64,000 nt of DNA from Leptolyngbyaceae cyanobacterium. Its GTDB lineage: Bacteria; Cyanobacteriota; Cyanobacteriia; Phormidesmidales; Phormidesmidaceae. Of this stretch, positions 1 through 10,021 are shown piece by piece. Below the pieces are notes generated by a model that made no database searches, was not told where the DNA came from, and was given only the letters and a program-made list of their open reading frames with translations. The stretch is from positions 544,001 to 608,000 of the forward strand of contig CBDHHL010000056.1 in assembly GCA_965263355.1 (NCBI GenBank). Direction: 5' to 3'. Position 1 is the stretch's first letter; every line of letters starts with the position of its first letter. The position numbers were made by a program, and so were the translations under genes.

Positions 1-249
1 AACAGGAATATCTTGAGTTTTCGGATTTTGCTTAAGTTTTTCACAAACCTCAAATCCATTCATTCCTGGCATCATTACATCCAGTAAAATCAGATTTGGT
101 ACGATTTTATCTAGTTTTTTAAAAGCGCTCTCTGCACTTTTTGCAACCGAAACCTTATAATTAGATTCCTGCAAAAACTCATAGAGAAGTTTGATGTTGG
201 TAGGAATATCATCAACAATCAAAATCTCACTTCGTTGGGAACTCAACAT
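1..249 (-). CDS. Response regulator receiver-domain protein, N-terminal part (runs off the window)
   Basis: Manual translation from ATG at 249: MLSSQRSEILIVDDIPTNIKLL...PNLILLDVMMPGMNGFEVCEKLKQNPKTQDIPV, a typical REC domain; not in the ORF track because it is truncated. Confidence 0.9.
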   Translation of the reverse strand, partial: MLSSQRSEILIVDDIPTNIKLLYEFLQESNYKVSVAKSAESAFKKLDKIVPNLILLDVMMPGMNGFEVCEKLKQNPKTQDIPV

Positions 250-379
250 AATTTAGAGAGGTCCATAGGAATACATAATGAGAATGGCTAGCCTGTAAAA
301 GAAGGCTTTACTATTGGGTTAGCCTAGCTTACCTAGATTTCCCAAAAGGTGATGGATTCCTAAAAAGAAACTTCATGGT

Positions 380-3109
380 TTAAAGATTTAAATGGGGGCT
401 AACCAGCTGGACAATGCCTTCATCATCAAATTCATCAATCAGTTCCTGCAATTTGTTAACAAACTTTGTATAGTCTGGCCCCAACTTTTTAAGCTGAGCA
501 ACCTCGGTTTGAATATCTGAGATATAGCCTTTCTCAGCTGCTTCATAGAGAGGAATGAGTACGTTCGACGGTGGCACTATCATTTCAGATTCAGGATCAG
601 TTGGTACATTTTCAGTTTCAGGTTTTGGTTCATATTGCCAATCGAGTTGCAGCGTCTGCTGAAGCTGTTCTATTAATTCTTGTGCCTGTATTGGTTTAGC
701 TAAGAAGCTGCTGAATCCCATCTCAAGGCAGGCTTGTCGGTCAAACCCAGATAGATGGGCAGAAGAGGCAATAACCGGTACTGATTGGACCTCTGGCAAC
801 TTACGCAGCTGCTTAAATAAGCCATAGCCATCTAAATTAGGCATCAGCAAGTCTGTAATAATTAAATGTGGCAAAAATGATTGTGCTTTGGTCACCCCAT
901 CTTGACCATCCTTGGCTTCAATCAGTTCAAAACCAAGGGGATCTAAAAGGTTGACAATCACAGAACGATTTTCCCAACGATCATCAACCACCAAAATTTT
1001 TCTGCGTTTACCCTCATATCCAATTAACCGGCCTAACGTCTGCTGCTGAAGATCAGCCTGTATCCAGTCCTCTGCCAGGGGACAACATACTTTAAATTCA
1101 AAGGTACTACCCTCGCCCAGCACACTTTTAACCTGAATGTGGCTATCCATCAACTCTATAATCCTTTGGCTGATGGCAAGGCCTAACCCCGTCCCTTCAA
1201 TGACATGCTTAGTATTATCTGTCTGTTCAAAGGGGGCAAAAATTTTTTCAAGATTATCAGCAGCAATACCAATACCCGTATCTACAACAGCAAAATGAAG
1301 TCCTATCAATGCTGAATCATCCGGATCAGGTTGGACGCCCACCCTCAGGGTTACATTACCTGCTTCAGTAAACTTGACTGCATTACCAATTAGGTTTAGC
1401 AAAACCTGACGCAGACGTTTTTCATCAGCCACAATCCCCGGTGGTAGTGTATCAAGGGGCTCAAAAATGATAGGTAGTTTTTTCTGCTCGGCTCGAATAC
1501 GGCAAATTTCAACAACACCTTGCAAAAAAGAAGGAAAATGGAAGGGTTTAGGGTTTAGTTCTAGCTTTCGTGCTTCTATTTTAGAGATATCTAAAATATC
1601 GTTAATTAAGGTTAAAAGATGACTGCCACATTCGGCAATGGTCTGAATGCTGCTGCGATCTTTCTTGGAGCGATTTTTTTGAATTTGTAGAATTTGGGCA
1701 TAGCCTAAAATGCCATTTAGTGGCGTTCTTAACTCATGGCTCATATTGGCCAAAAACTCGCTTTTAGCATGGTTAGCCGTATCTGCAGCTTTCTTCGCTT
1801 CGGCTAACTGGGCAGTACGCTCAGCCACTCTAGTTTCTAACATTTCAAAGGAATCTTTGATTTGTTTGGCCATGCGATTAAACGCAGATGATAATCCCCG
1901 TAATTCTTGAATACCCTTGACCTGAAGCGTTTGCTCAAGGTCGCCCATGGCAATGGCTTGACTAGCCAGATTTAACCGCTGAATAGGAGTCGTAATCCAA
2001 CGTGATGTCAGTATTCCTAATAAAGTCGCAGTCATCAAAGCCGCAATGCATAACATGATGGTATTGCGGGTATTGGCATTAATAACTCCCATAAAATCAG
2101 CTTCTGGGATAGTCACCACCACTAGCCAATCTAAACCATAGTCATCTTGCCAGGGAACCACCTGAACAAACTGTCGCTCTCCGTCTATTCGAAAGTCTAT
2201 CTGTTGAATATTTTGAATATTTTCAAATCCCTTAAACTCTGTTTTTAGATGTTGAGCTGTTGCTCGAATTATTGGATCAGAACTGTTTAGGGCACTAAGG
2301 CGTTGGGTTTCTCCACCGGCAACGTTGTAAGTTTTGGCTTCGCTAGAATTTCCTATCAGTAGTCCATCTCGTTCGATCAAAAAGGCTTTGCCATTAGGAC
2401 TAATGTCTAGTTTTTTCAGAAAATTACTAATATCACTAAGCAGCAAATCAATACTAAATGCACCAAAAAACTTGCCTGTAGGCTCATATAGAGGAAACGT
2501 AGCTGATGCGGCGACATAGTCCTCAAATCCTTCTGCGGTGTAAATACTACTCCAGGTAGGTTTGCCTGCATTGACAGCATCGATATACCACTGGTCCTCT
2601 GGAGCATAGTACTCAGTTGCATCTAATACATCGGTGCGATTACCCTGAGTATCTGTACCATAGGTGTAGTCTTTCCCATCGGCTAATGAATGTTCTACTA
2701 TAGTGACGCCTTGACCTTCCAGCCAGCGTCCAGCTCCTACCCCTTCTCCTGACTCAAGGTAGTAGCCAATAAAATTGATATCTGGATAGGTTTCTGCCTT
2801 TTTCCATAGGTTACGCCCCATTAGCTCAAAATTCCTGATATCAACGGTTCCAGCCTGTAGCTCATCGACCGTTATAGTTCCCAATTCATGGGGAAGCGAT
2901 AGATAACTATCTAGATGTTGATCGACCCGATTACTAATTTCCTTACTAAGGCGCAAAACCAGGTCATTAACAGCCCTTTGGCTATTTCTAAAAGACAGGT
3001 ATCCAACTAACCCTACCGCTGAGAAAATTTGCAACATAAAGGGGACGACAAGCACAAGGCTTAAAGGCGTCCCACGGAGCGTTTGACGATCTTTGCTGTC
3101 CATAGCCAC
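380..3109 (-). CDS. Hybrid sensor histidine kinase (TM-dCache-TM-HAMP-HisKA-HATPase-REC)
   Basis: H-box [16 protein letters not shown]-box [11 protein letters not shown]-boxes DTGIG and GTGLGL, REC ILVVDD...DLLMP; two TM helices flank a periplasmic Cache region. Confidence 0.95.
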   Translation of the reverse strand: MAMDSKDRQTLRGTPLSLVLVVPFMLQIFSAVGLVGYLSFRNSQRAVNDLVLRLSKEISNRVDQHLDSYLSLPHELGTITVDELQAGTVDIRNFELMGRNLWKKAETYPDINFIGYYLESGEGVGAGRWLEGQGVTIVEHSLADGKDYTYGTDTQGNRTDVLDATEYYAPEDQWYIDAVNAGKPTWSSIYTAEGFEDYVAASATFPLYEPTGKFFGAFSIDLLLSDISNFLKKLDISPNGKAFLIERDGLLIGNSSEAKTYNVAGGETQRLSALNSSDPIIRATAQHLKTEFKGFENIQNIQQIDFRIDGERQFVQVVPWQDDYGLDWLVVVTIPEADFMGVINANTRNTIMLCIAALMTATLLGILTSRWITTPIQRLNLASQAIAMGDLEQTLQVKGIQELRGLSSAFNRMAKQIKDSFEMLETRVAERTAQLAEAKKAADTANHAKSEFLANMSHELRTPLNGILGYAQILQIQKNRSKKDRSSIQTIAECGSHLLTLINDILDISKIEARKLELNPKPFHFPSFLQGVVEICRIRAEQKKLPIIFEPLDTLPPGIVADEKRLRQVLLNLIGNAVKFTEAGNVTLRVGVQPDPDDSALIGLHFAVVDTGIGIAADNLEKIFAPFEQTDNTKHVIEGTGLGLAISQRIIELMDSHIQVKSVLGEGSTFEFKVCCPLAEDWIQADLQQQTLGRLIGYEGKRRKILVVDDRWENRSVIVNLLDPLGFELIEAKDGQDGVTKAQSFLPHLIITDLLMPNLDGYGLFKQLRKLPEVQSVPVIASSAHLSGFDRQACLEMGFSSFLAKPIQAQELIEQLQQTLQLDWQYEPKPETENVPTDPESEMIVPPSNVLIPLYEAAEKGYISDIQTEVAQLKKLGPDYTKFVNKLQELIDEFDDEGIVQLVSPHLNL

Positions 3110-3348
3110 AACTTTTCGGGCGCAACATTACAGGAAAATAGATGACGATGAGTCTTGCCAACCTTCTTATCAGGGTATTGGAAAAAACTAAACTCAGCTA
3201 TGTTCGCTATAATGCCCAGGACAAAATGGATAACTGCAGGGTATAAATGGCTACGTTATTATGTTGCACTACACACAATTAGCTAACTTAAACAGCGTGT
3301 AGTGCATGAAAATCTAACGCTTACGTTTCTTTGATCAAAACCGTGAAC

Positions 3349-4119
3349 TCAAGAAGATTTAACTCCACATGCAAAGATAGTATAGAAGAACCCCTGGTCT
3401 GCATATTCAGGTAAATCTCTAACACGAATGTCAAGATTAACAAAGCCATTGTCTAAAAAACAATTCATTACATCCTGAGGATTTAGTTCCGTAGAGGGGA
3501 AACAGGTCTCCCCTACGCGATAATAATTGCCTGAACCACAGGCTGAAGTAATAAGGGTACCGCCAGGCTTCACCATGCCCATAATATTAGTCATGTAGAT
3601 ACGCCATTCCTCTTTATTAAGACTAATGCCTTCTGCGCAGTAATGGGCGGTTACCAATGGGTAAAAGTTACGTTTAGTCTCTCCTAGTGGATTAGCCTGC
3701 CTGACATCACCTGGTGTAACAAGAGTAACTTTTTGCCGTACTTCTGACTCCCTCTGTTGAATCTCTGAAGGGGTAGGGGTTTGATGTCCTTCAAGTTGCA
3801 GTACTTTTTGAGTAAAAGAATGCCAATCGTAGGCTGTTTTATCAGCAGAGAACCATTTTTTTAGTTCGGTTAAATTGGACTCAACATATTCAGAAACATG
3901 AATTTCTTGGGTTTTGGTCACCAAAGGTAAAATATGGGAGATAATGGGTCCACTACCGAAATCTAATGCCACCGGAACAGAATCGATGCGCTTTAAAGAC
4001 TCAGTCAAAAACTCCAAACAGTATTGTTCATCAGGCATGATACCTGAATAATATTCTTGTAAATACTGTTTAGGATCCCAATCGGAATAATTGGCGTATT
4101 TAATCTCAACAGCTTGCAT
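3349..4119 (-). CDS. NNMT/PNMT/TEMT-family SAM-dependent methyltransferase
   Basis: N-terminal WDPKQYLQEYY, SAM motif ALDFGSGP, AYDW and VKPGGTLI segments resemble the NNMT/PNMT family. Confidence 0.85.
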   Translation of the reverse strand: MQAVEIKYANYSDWDPKQYLQEYYSGIMPDEQYCLEFLTESLKRIDSVPVALDFGSGPIISHILPLVTKTQEIHVSEYVESNLTELKKWFSADKTAYDWHSFTQKVLQLEGHQTPTPSEIQQRESEVRQKVTLVTPGDVRQANPLGETKRNFYPLVTAHYCAEGISLNKEEWRIYMTNIMGMVKPGGTLITSACGSGNYYRVGETCFPSTELNPQDVMNCFLDNGFVNLDIRVRDLPEYADQGFFYTIFACGVKSS

Positions 4120-4172
4120 AGGTTTTCTCCAATTTTATCAAGGACTAGTCGTGTTCAGGGTGGTCATCAACA

Positions 4173-7100
4173 TTAACTAATATTGTCCAGATATTTTGCT
4201 AACAGGCAACTATCAATTGTTGGACAAGTAATATTGGATTGATTCAGGCCCTTTAGAGTATTTTGGCAATCAAACATTTGGGTGCCTGCTAACCAAATTT
4301 CTAATCGAGTAAGCGAATGTCCGTGCACAACTTCCGTCAAAATTTTAGCTAGTGGGCTGAGGGCGTTCTGCATTTTATTCAACTTAGTTTGCCAATGCTC
4401 ATAGGATACTTGTCTAACCGCATAGCCAACATTGTTAAGCTGATGGACAAGTTTATCTAACGGATAAGGGTAAGGATTTACTAGATGAAAAGCTTGATTC
4501 AAGGATTCTGTTTGCAATGATAGATGAACTATCGCTCGACTAACATAATCGACGGGTGTCATGTCGATTATCCAATCTAAATCAGGCGCACTTTCAAGCG
4601 CAATAACACTATTTAGAAAGCGGCTCATTAAATCTGTTGAGTTACATATTCCCGTTTGAGTGTGGCCGGTTACCATCCCTGGGCGATAGATACAAGCTGG
4701 AATACCCGCTGAAATCGCCCGTGTGATCAGCTGTTCTGCCACCCATTTGCTTTGGGCATAGCCGCCGACAATTCCAGATCCTTGGGCGATATTATCACTT
4801 TCATAAATAACCGATGGTCCCATGGTTAGCAATGATTCAAACACATCTAAGGTGGAGATGTAGTGAACGGGCTTAAGCCTATCATAGCTGGCAAGCTTTA
4901 ATATGGATTGAGTGCCCAGCACATTTGCCGCCTTTAAAGCTCCATAGGGGTAAAACAGATTCACACTTGCCGCACTGTGGTAAATGACATCTATAGTGTT
5001 AGCCAGGTGCTTAAATTGTTCTCTTTCTAGTCCCAAGAGAGGACGAGCTATATTGCCAATAAGGGGTTTGATTCTGCTGTAGGGAATATCAACATTTGGC
5101 AAATTCTGCTGTAGGGATTGACGTAATCGCTGATACCCTTCTGTAAGGGTTTGTGCCCGTACTAAGCAATAAACAGTAGCATCTGTATGTTGCAATAGGG
5201 TATGTAACAAGGAGGTGCCAATAAATCCTGTTGCCCCCGTTAATAAAATTGCCTTCGGATTTGTCCAATGTGATACAGGCTTTGACCAATGATTATATGA
5301 GGCAGCAGATGAAATCAGGTTAAGCGATGCTTCAGTCTCTAGTTCAGATAGAGACATATATTCTGTTATCGTAGAAGGCTTTCGGTCATGCTTTAATTGT
5401 TTGCCTACTAACTGTTTGGATAAATCTGCGATGGTTGGTTGCTTAAAGAAATCAGTAAAATTGAGTATTACTTTGAAAGAACGCTCAATTTGCGACATTA
5501 GCTGCATTACTCGTAATGAGTCACCACCCAACTCGAAAAAGCTATCATTAATCCCAATCGGTGAAATATTCAAAACATCTGCCCAAATACTGGCTAGTTT
5601 CTCTTCTTGAGCTGTTTCGGGTGCTACAAACAGAGCAGAGAGTTCTGGTCGGGACGAATCAGGTATAGGTAGCGCTTGTCGATCAATCTTACCATTGGCA
5701 TTGAGAGGAAAACTGTCTAACAGTACAAATGTTGCGGGCACCATGTACTTGGGTAGCTTTTGCATTGTATAGGTGCGCAGCTGAGTCGAAAGTGTATGGG
5801 CTATTTTGGCCTGGAGGGGATTATTGGCATAGGTATGCCAGACTTGACACGATGGTGGTGGGATGGGGGCTGGTAGTGGTTCAATACTCCCCAACTTATA
5901 GTCAACACCAGTGGCTTGGGGTTTAAACAGGGCATTAAAAGAACCATTATTGGCTAAACTGGGCCAGCTAATGGTCACATCGTAGGATAGCTCAGTCGCA
6001 AGCTGTTTGAGCGCTTCAGGATCGACGCCGACGATATTCTTAGTTTGCCTGAGATAATCTTTCAGATTAGCAACGTTACCAGAGAGTTGGATTTGCTTAC
6101 GTACATCAACAACACTGACATGGGGTAAAACTCTCGCATTAGGGATATTGCGAAAACCAAATACTTTGGTGGAGGAGTTCTTTAATCGTTGACGTAGTTC
6201 AGAAAAATCAGCATAGTGTGGCTGCCAATCTAACCAACGAGTTTCAAGTATGGATTGGGGCGTTGAGCCTACATGTAAGACAACGTCATAGCGAAATTGA
6301 CTTAGTTCATTATGAAATTGGCTTTGTTTCAGCAAAATTTGAACCTGGCTAATCTGGGGTAAATGCTTTTGCAGCGCCAAGAAAAAAGAAGGATCGATCG
6401 TGAGTTCTTCTTCTTGATATATCCTTTTCTGAATACGTTGCCAGAGTTCTGTGATGGGTAGGTCATCATCAGCATTGGCTAATTCTATAGCCGCTGCAAA
6501 TGCCTCTTGCAAGAGATAATTTCTGATGTCTCCGATAAACAGAGAACCCCCTGGTTTGATTAACCGTACAGCTTGTTCTATAACAGAAACTAAGTAATCA
6601 ATACTTGGGAAGTATTGTAAAACCGAGTTTAAGATGACCGTGTCATAGGAAGCAGGGGCTATATTTTCAAAGTTATCGGCAGCCCTATTTTTAAGGGTGA
6701 CTCGTGGTGCTAACTCTGGAGTCTTTGCCAACTGTTTTTTAATGTGGTCTAAAGAAACGTCTGATATGTCGGTGCCAATGTAGCTTTTACAGTGTGACAC
6801 TACTTGAAATAACAATAACCCTGTGCCACATCCCAGTTCTAAAACTCGTTCCGGCTTGAGTTGTAAGATTCGCTCAACAGTGGTGCTGACCCATTCCTGC
6901 ATCTCAATATCCGGCAGCAGCTCACCTGTGTAACTGCTGATCCAGCCACTGATGTTGAAAGTATCATCCCACTCTGTGTTGACTGTATTTAAGTGGTCAT
7001 CGTTATGAATTGCTTGCCATTGGTTGATTTGTTCTTGTTCTAGTTGGTCACGAATTGACCTGTCAGCAGTGGTGTTAGGGCAACTGCTTTGATCTGACAT

Positions 7101-8579
7101 ACAATGCTGCAAATGGCTTTTCACATAGGCAATTAACCGGTTACTACCCAGACTATCTGTTTGTGCTATAACAACAGCCTCTTGGACATCAGGATGCTGT
7201 GCTAAAAGAGTTTCAATTTCTTGTAATTCAACTCGAAAGCCTCGAATTTTAATTTGATTATCGGCACGCCCCAAAAATTCTAACTGGCCATCGTCACGAT
7301 AGCGAGCTAAATCACCCGTTTTATAGAGCCGGATAGCTTGTGTCTCTCCGTCTAAAGCAGTTACTAAAAACTTATTGGCTGTGAGATCAGCACGGTTTAG
7401 ATAGCCTGCTGCCAGGCTTCGTCCACTGAGATATAGGTCCCCTGAATTTCCCTGAGGGACTGGTTTCATACGCTCATCAAGAATATGGGCCTGAATATTG
7501 TTCAGGGGTTGTCCAATGGGAATACTTTCTCCGTGATTAAGCTTGATGGCATAGGGACCTGCTAGGTGACAATATGTAGCAACAACAGTACTTTCTGTTG
7601 GGCCATAGGTGTTTACCAACTGTACTTTAGGACTAACAAATCGTTGCCAGATAGTTACCCATTGGGGGAGTGCTCGCTCCCCACCAATAATGGTGAGTCG
7701 AATGGTTGAGGCTAAACCTAGGGTTTCTAGGGAGGCACACAATTGATGCCAAAAGGCAGTGGGTAAATCTAAAACAGTTATCTGTAACGTGTTGCATGCG
7801 TCAAGAAAGTCTGGCATTGACTTGAGCATGTTTTCATCACGGAGCACCAATGTAGCCCCTTGGGTAAGCGTTAGAAAGATTTCCTCAATGGCGGCATCAA
7901 AGCTAATTGATGAAAATTGCAATACGCGATCGCATGCGACAACACTATAGGCCTGGTTGGCTGAATGCACAAAATTTGACAACGCCCTCTGGTCTACCAT
8001 GACACCTTTAGGTTTACCTGTTGAACCAGACGTATAAATGACGTAAGCCAAATGGTCTAAAGTAGGCAACGATATGGGGTTATGGTCTGGCTGTTGGGTA
8101 ATAAGGGGCCAATCGGTTTCCAGGCAAATCAGTTTTGCTTTATGGGTTGGGAGAGCTGAAGCTAGAAATTGTTGCGTAAGTAACAATGAGACTTGAGAAT
8201 CTTCTAACATCCAGTCAAGACGCTCTGAAGGATAGCCAGGGTCCAAAGGAACATAGGCTCCACCTGCTTTCAGGATAGCTAATACCCCCACAATCATTTG
8301 AAAGGAGCGTTCAAGGCATAGACCGACCAATACGTCTGGACCGACACCTTGCTCACGTAAATAATGAGCAAGCTGATTTGCATAGGCATTTAATGTTTGA
8401 TAGCTCCAACATTGCCCCATAAACTCAATTGCCGGGGCTGTAGGCCGTTGCAGAACCTGAGATTCAAATAATCTACAGACAGATGCTGGGTTCTCAGCAG
8501 AAACAGTCAGGAGACAATCCCTAAAGTTGGTAAAAACCATGTATTGATTTCCCTCAAATACTGATAGCAGGTTTGACAA
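4173..8579 (-). CDS. Stand-alone NRPS-like enzyme: adenylation, embedded N-methyltransferase, thiolation and terminal reductase domains (A-NMT-T-R)
   Basis: A motifs YTSGSTGKPKG, YGPTE, YKTGDL, NGKIDR; NMT VLELGCGTG and LNSVLQYFP; T GGDSL; R LTGATGFIG and YAQSK; no C domain. Alternative ATG start at 8540. Confidence 0.95.
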   Translation of the reverse strand: MSNLLSVFEGNQYMVFTNFRDCLLTVSAENPASVCRLFESQVLQRPTAPAIEFMGQCWSYQTLNAYANQLAHYLREQGVGPDVLVGLCLERSFQMIVGVLAILKAGGAYVPLDPGYPSERLDWMLEDSQVSLLLTQQFLASALPTHKAKLICLETDWPLITQQPDHNPISLPTLDHLAYVIYTSGSTGKPKGVMVDQRALSNFVHSANQAYSVVACDRVLQFSSISFDAAIEEIFLTLTQGATLVLRDENMLKSMPDFLDACNTLQITVLDLPTAFWHQLCASLETLGLASTIRLTIIGGERALPQWVTIWQRFVSPKVQLVNTYGPTESTVVATYCHLAGPYAIKLNHGESIPIGQPLNNIQAHILDERMKPVPQGNSGDLYLSGRSLAAGYLNRADLTANKFLVTALDGETQAIRLYKTGDLARYRDDGQLEFLGRADNQIKIRGFRVELQEIETLLAQHPDVQEAVVIAQTDSLGSNRLIAYVKSHLQHCMSDQSSCPNTTADRSIRDQLEQEQINQWQAIHNDDHLNTVNTEWDDTFNISGWISSYTGELLPDIEMQEWVSTTVERILQLKPERVLELGCGTGLLLFQVVSHCKSYIGTDISDVSLDHIKKQLAKTPELAPRVTLKNRAADNFENIAPASYDTVILNSVLQYFPSIDYLVSVIEQAVRLIKPGGSLFIGDIRNYLLQEAFAAAIELANADDDLPITELWQRIQKRIYQEEELTIDPSFFLALQKHLPQISQVQILLKQSQFHNELSQFRYDVVLHVGSTPQSILETRWLDWQPHYADFSELRQRLKNSSTKVFGFRNIPNARVLPHVSVVDVRKQIQLSGNVANLKDYLRQTKNIVGVDPEALKQLATELSYDVTISWPSLANNGSFNALFKPQATGVDYKLGSIEPLPAPIPPPSCQVWHTYANNPLQAKIAHTLSTQLRTYTMQKLPKYMVPATFVLLDSFPLNANGKIDRQALPIPDSSRPELSALFVAPETAQEEKLASIWADVLNISPIGINDSFFELGGDSLRVMQLMSQIERSFKVILNFTDFFKQPTIADLSKQLVGKQLKHDRKPSTITEYMSLSELETEASLNLISSAASYNHWSKPVSHWTNPKAILLTGATGFIGTSLLHTLLQHTDATVYCLVRAQTLTEGYQRLRQSLQQNLPNVDIPYSRIKPLIGNIARPLLGLEREQFKHLANTIDVIYHSAASVNLFYPYGALKAANVLGTQSILKLASYDRLKPVHYISTLDVFESLLTMGPSVIYESDNIAQGSGIVGGYAQSKWVAEQLITRAISAGIPACIYRPGMVTGHTQTGICNSTDLMSRFLNSVIALESAPDLDWIIDMTPVDYVSRAIVHLSLQTESLNQAFHLVNPYPYPLDKLVHQLNNVGYAVRQVSYEHWQTKLNKMQNALSPLAKILTEVVHGHSLTRLEIWLAGTQMFDCQNTLKGLNQSNITCPTIDSCLLAKYLDNIS

Positions 8580-9439
8580 CCTGGACTTTTAAGAGCTGAA
8601 CACAGGGATACACCATCAGGCCATACTCTCGGACCTGAATAATGCCACTAAAGCACAAGACTCTGATTTAACAGAGAAAGGGAAGAAAAAAATGTCTTAT
8701 AAAATCATTGGTTGTGATACGACTTATGATGAACTAGGAAGATTTTGATCCCAACAGGAGATTACATTCACAGGCTGACGAGCTAGCTAGCTAGCTAACT
8801 TCATACCATAGAGGGATATTATAAGCTTCTCTATCTCTCATATTTTTTTGATACCCATAGTCATGGCAAATGGTAAACGTGTTATTTCAAAGCAAACGTT
8901 GACATGTGCTAGATATCAATACGCGACGATAATCTGCATTGATAAGCCGACTGGATCACTGGATCAAAAATAACCAATCATAAATCATCTGCTATTTCAG
9001 ATGATTCAGTAAAAACAAAAACATGAAGTTTCTCTCACTGATCTTGTTTTACGCTTTATTTCCCCTTGATAAAAACCGTATTTGGGATTTTACGTTGTAG
9101 TAAAAGTTACAGTGATTTGATTATCGCGTTTTTTCTTTTATGAATTTTTTATAGAAAACTTAGTTTTTAAGGGCTATGACATTGGTTCATACCTATGAAT
9201 ACTTAGATATTTTTTTTAGAAATTTTGTTGTATTATGCAGATTTTTATCCATATGGGTACCAAAACGTAAAAGTATGACTTTGAGAACAGCTTTGCAATG
9301 AATTGATAATCCGTCTTTAAATATTTTCTTAGTATTTTTCATGTTTTCTCAGTATTTTCTCAGTTAGCATCTGGAAATTCGGTTTTATCTAGCCATGCTG
9401 GCGACGTCCACCTATAGTTTTAGTCTCTGATGTTCTCGC

Positions 9440-9469
9440 TATGGGCGAGATGTGGACATCTCGCCCATA
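9440..9469. repeat. Near-perfect 30-bp palindrome
   Basis: TATGGGCGAGATGT-GG-ACATCTCGCCCATA, 14-bp arms. Confidence 0.85.
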
Positions 9470-9943
9470 AACCTGAAGTGAGCATTTTGGCACTCTAAAA
9501 AAGCAGATGTAAAACTAACATCTGTGAATATTCCCGACTCCCTGATGCCACCAAACTACACTTAGCCCAACTGGAAAAGGTTGTCGTTCTCAATCTAGAA
9601 TTCGATAGGCCTTTTCTTTAATGGCTGCTCTGTCTTTCTTGGTTTTTATGTTTACACTTTTTCTTGCTTCGTAATGTTACTACCAGGAGAGAATGAAATT
9701 CTTTGTCTACTGGAAAACAAAGGAATGAATCTTAAGAAACGTTGTTATGCTTTACTGGTATTTATACTTACTTCTGAAGTACGCACTGAGTATTTAAACC
9801 TTGTCCACCTCCAGAACTGCAGTTTTGCCGTAGAGGTAACTCCAGGTTGAACCTTGGACGTGGCTTAAGTACCTAAATTAAGGCAGGCTCTACGCCATTT
9901 GTATCGGTCATCTTGGCAGTTTTCTGCAAGGTAGCATTCATTT

Positions 9944-9991
9944 AAAAAACTAGGCCATTGACTCCGCAGACTAAGGAGAGCAATGGCCTAG
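9944..9991 (-). terminator. Rho-independent terminator of the CHRD/RTX gene
   Basis: Stem CTAGGCCATTG...CAATGGCCTAG followed on the minus strand by T6, 30 bp after the stop at 10022. Confidence 0.8.
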
Positions 9992-10021
9992 GCTAAGTAG
10001 ATTAGTGTTGCATTCCCATGA

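Noticed and set aside
3349..8579. Guanitoxin or other known cyanotoxin cluster
   Set aside because: Only a GntF-like family member is present; no PLP enzymes, hydroxylases or kinase, and the NRPS architecture matches no toxin pathway I recognise
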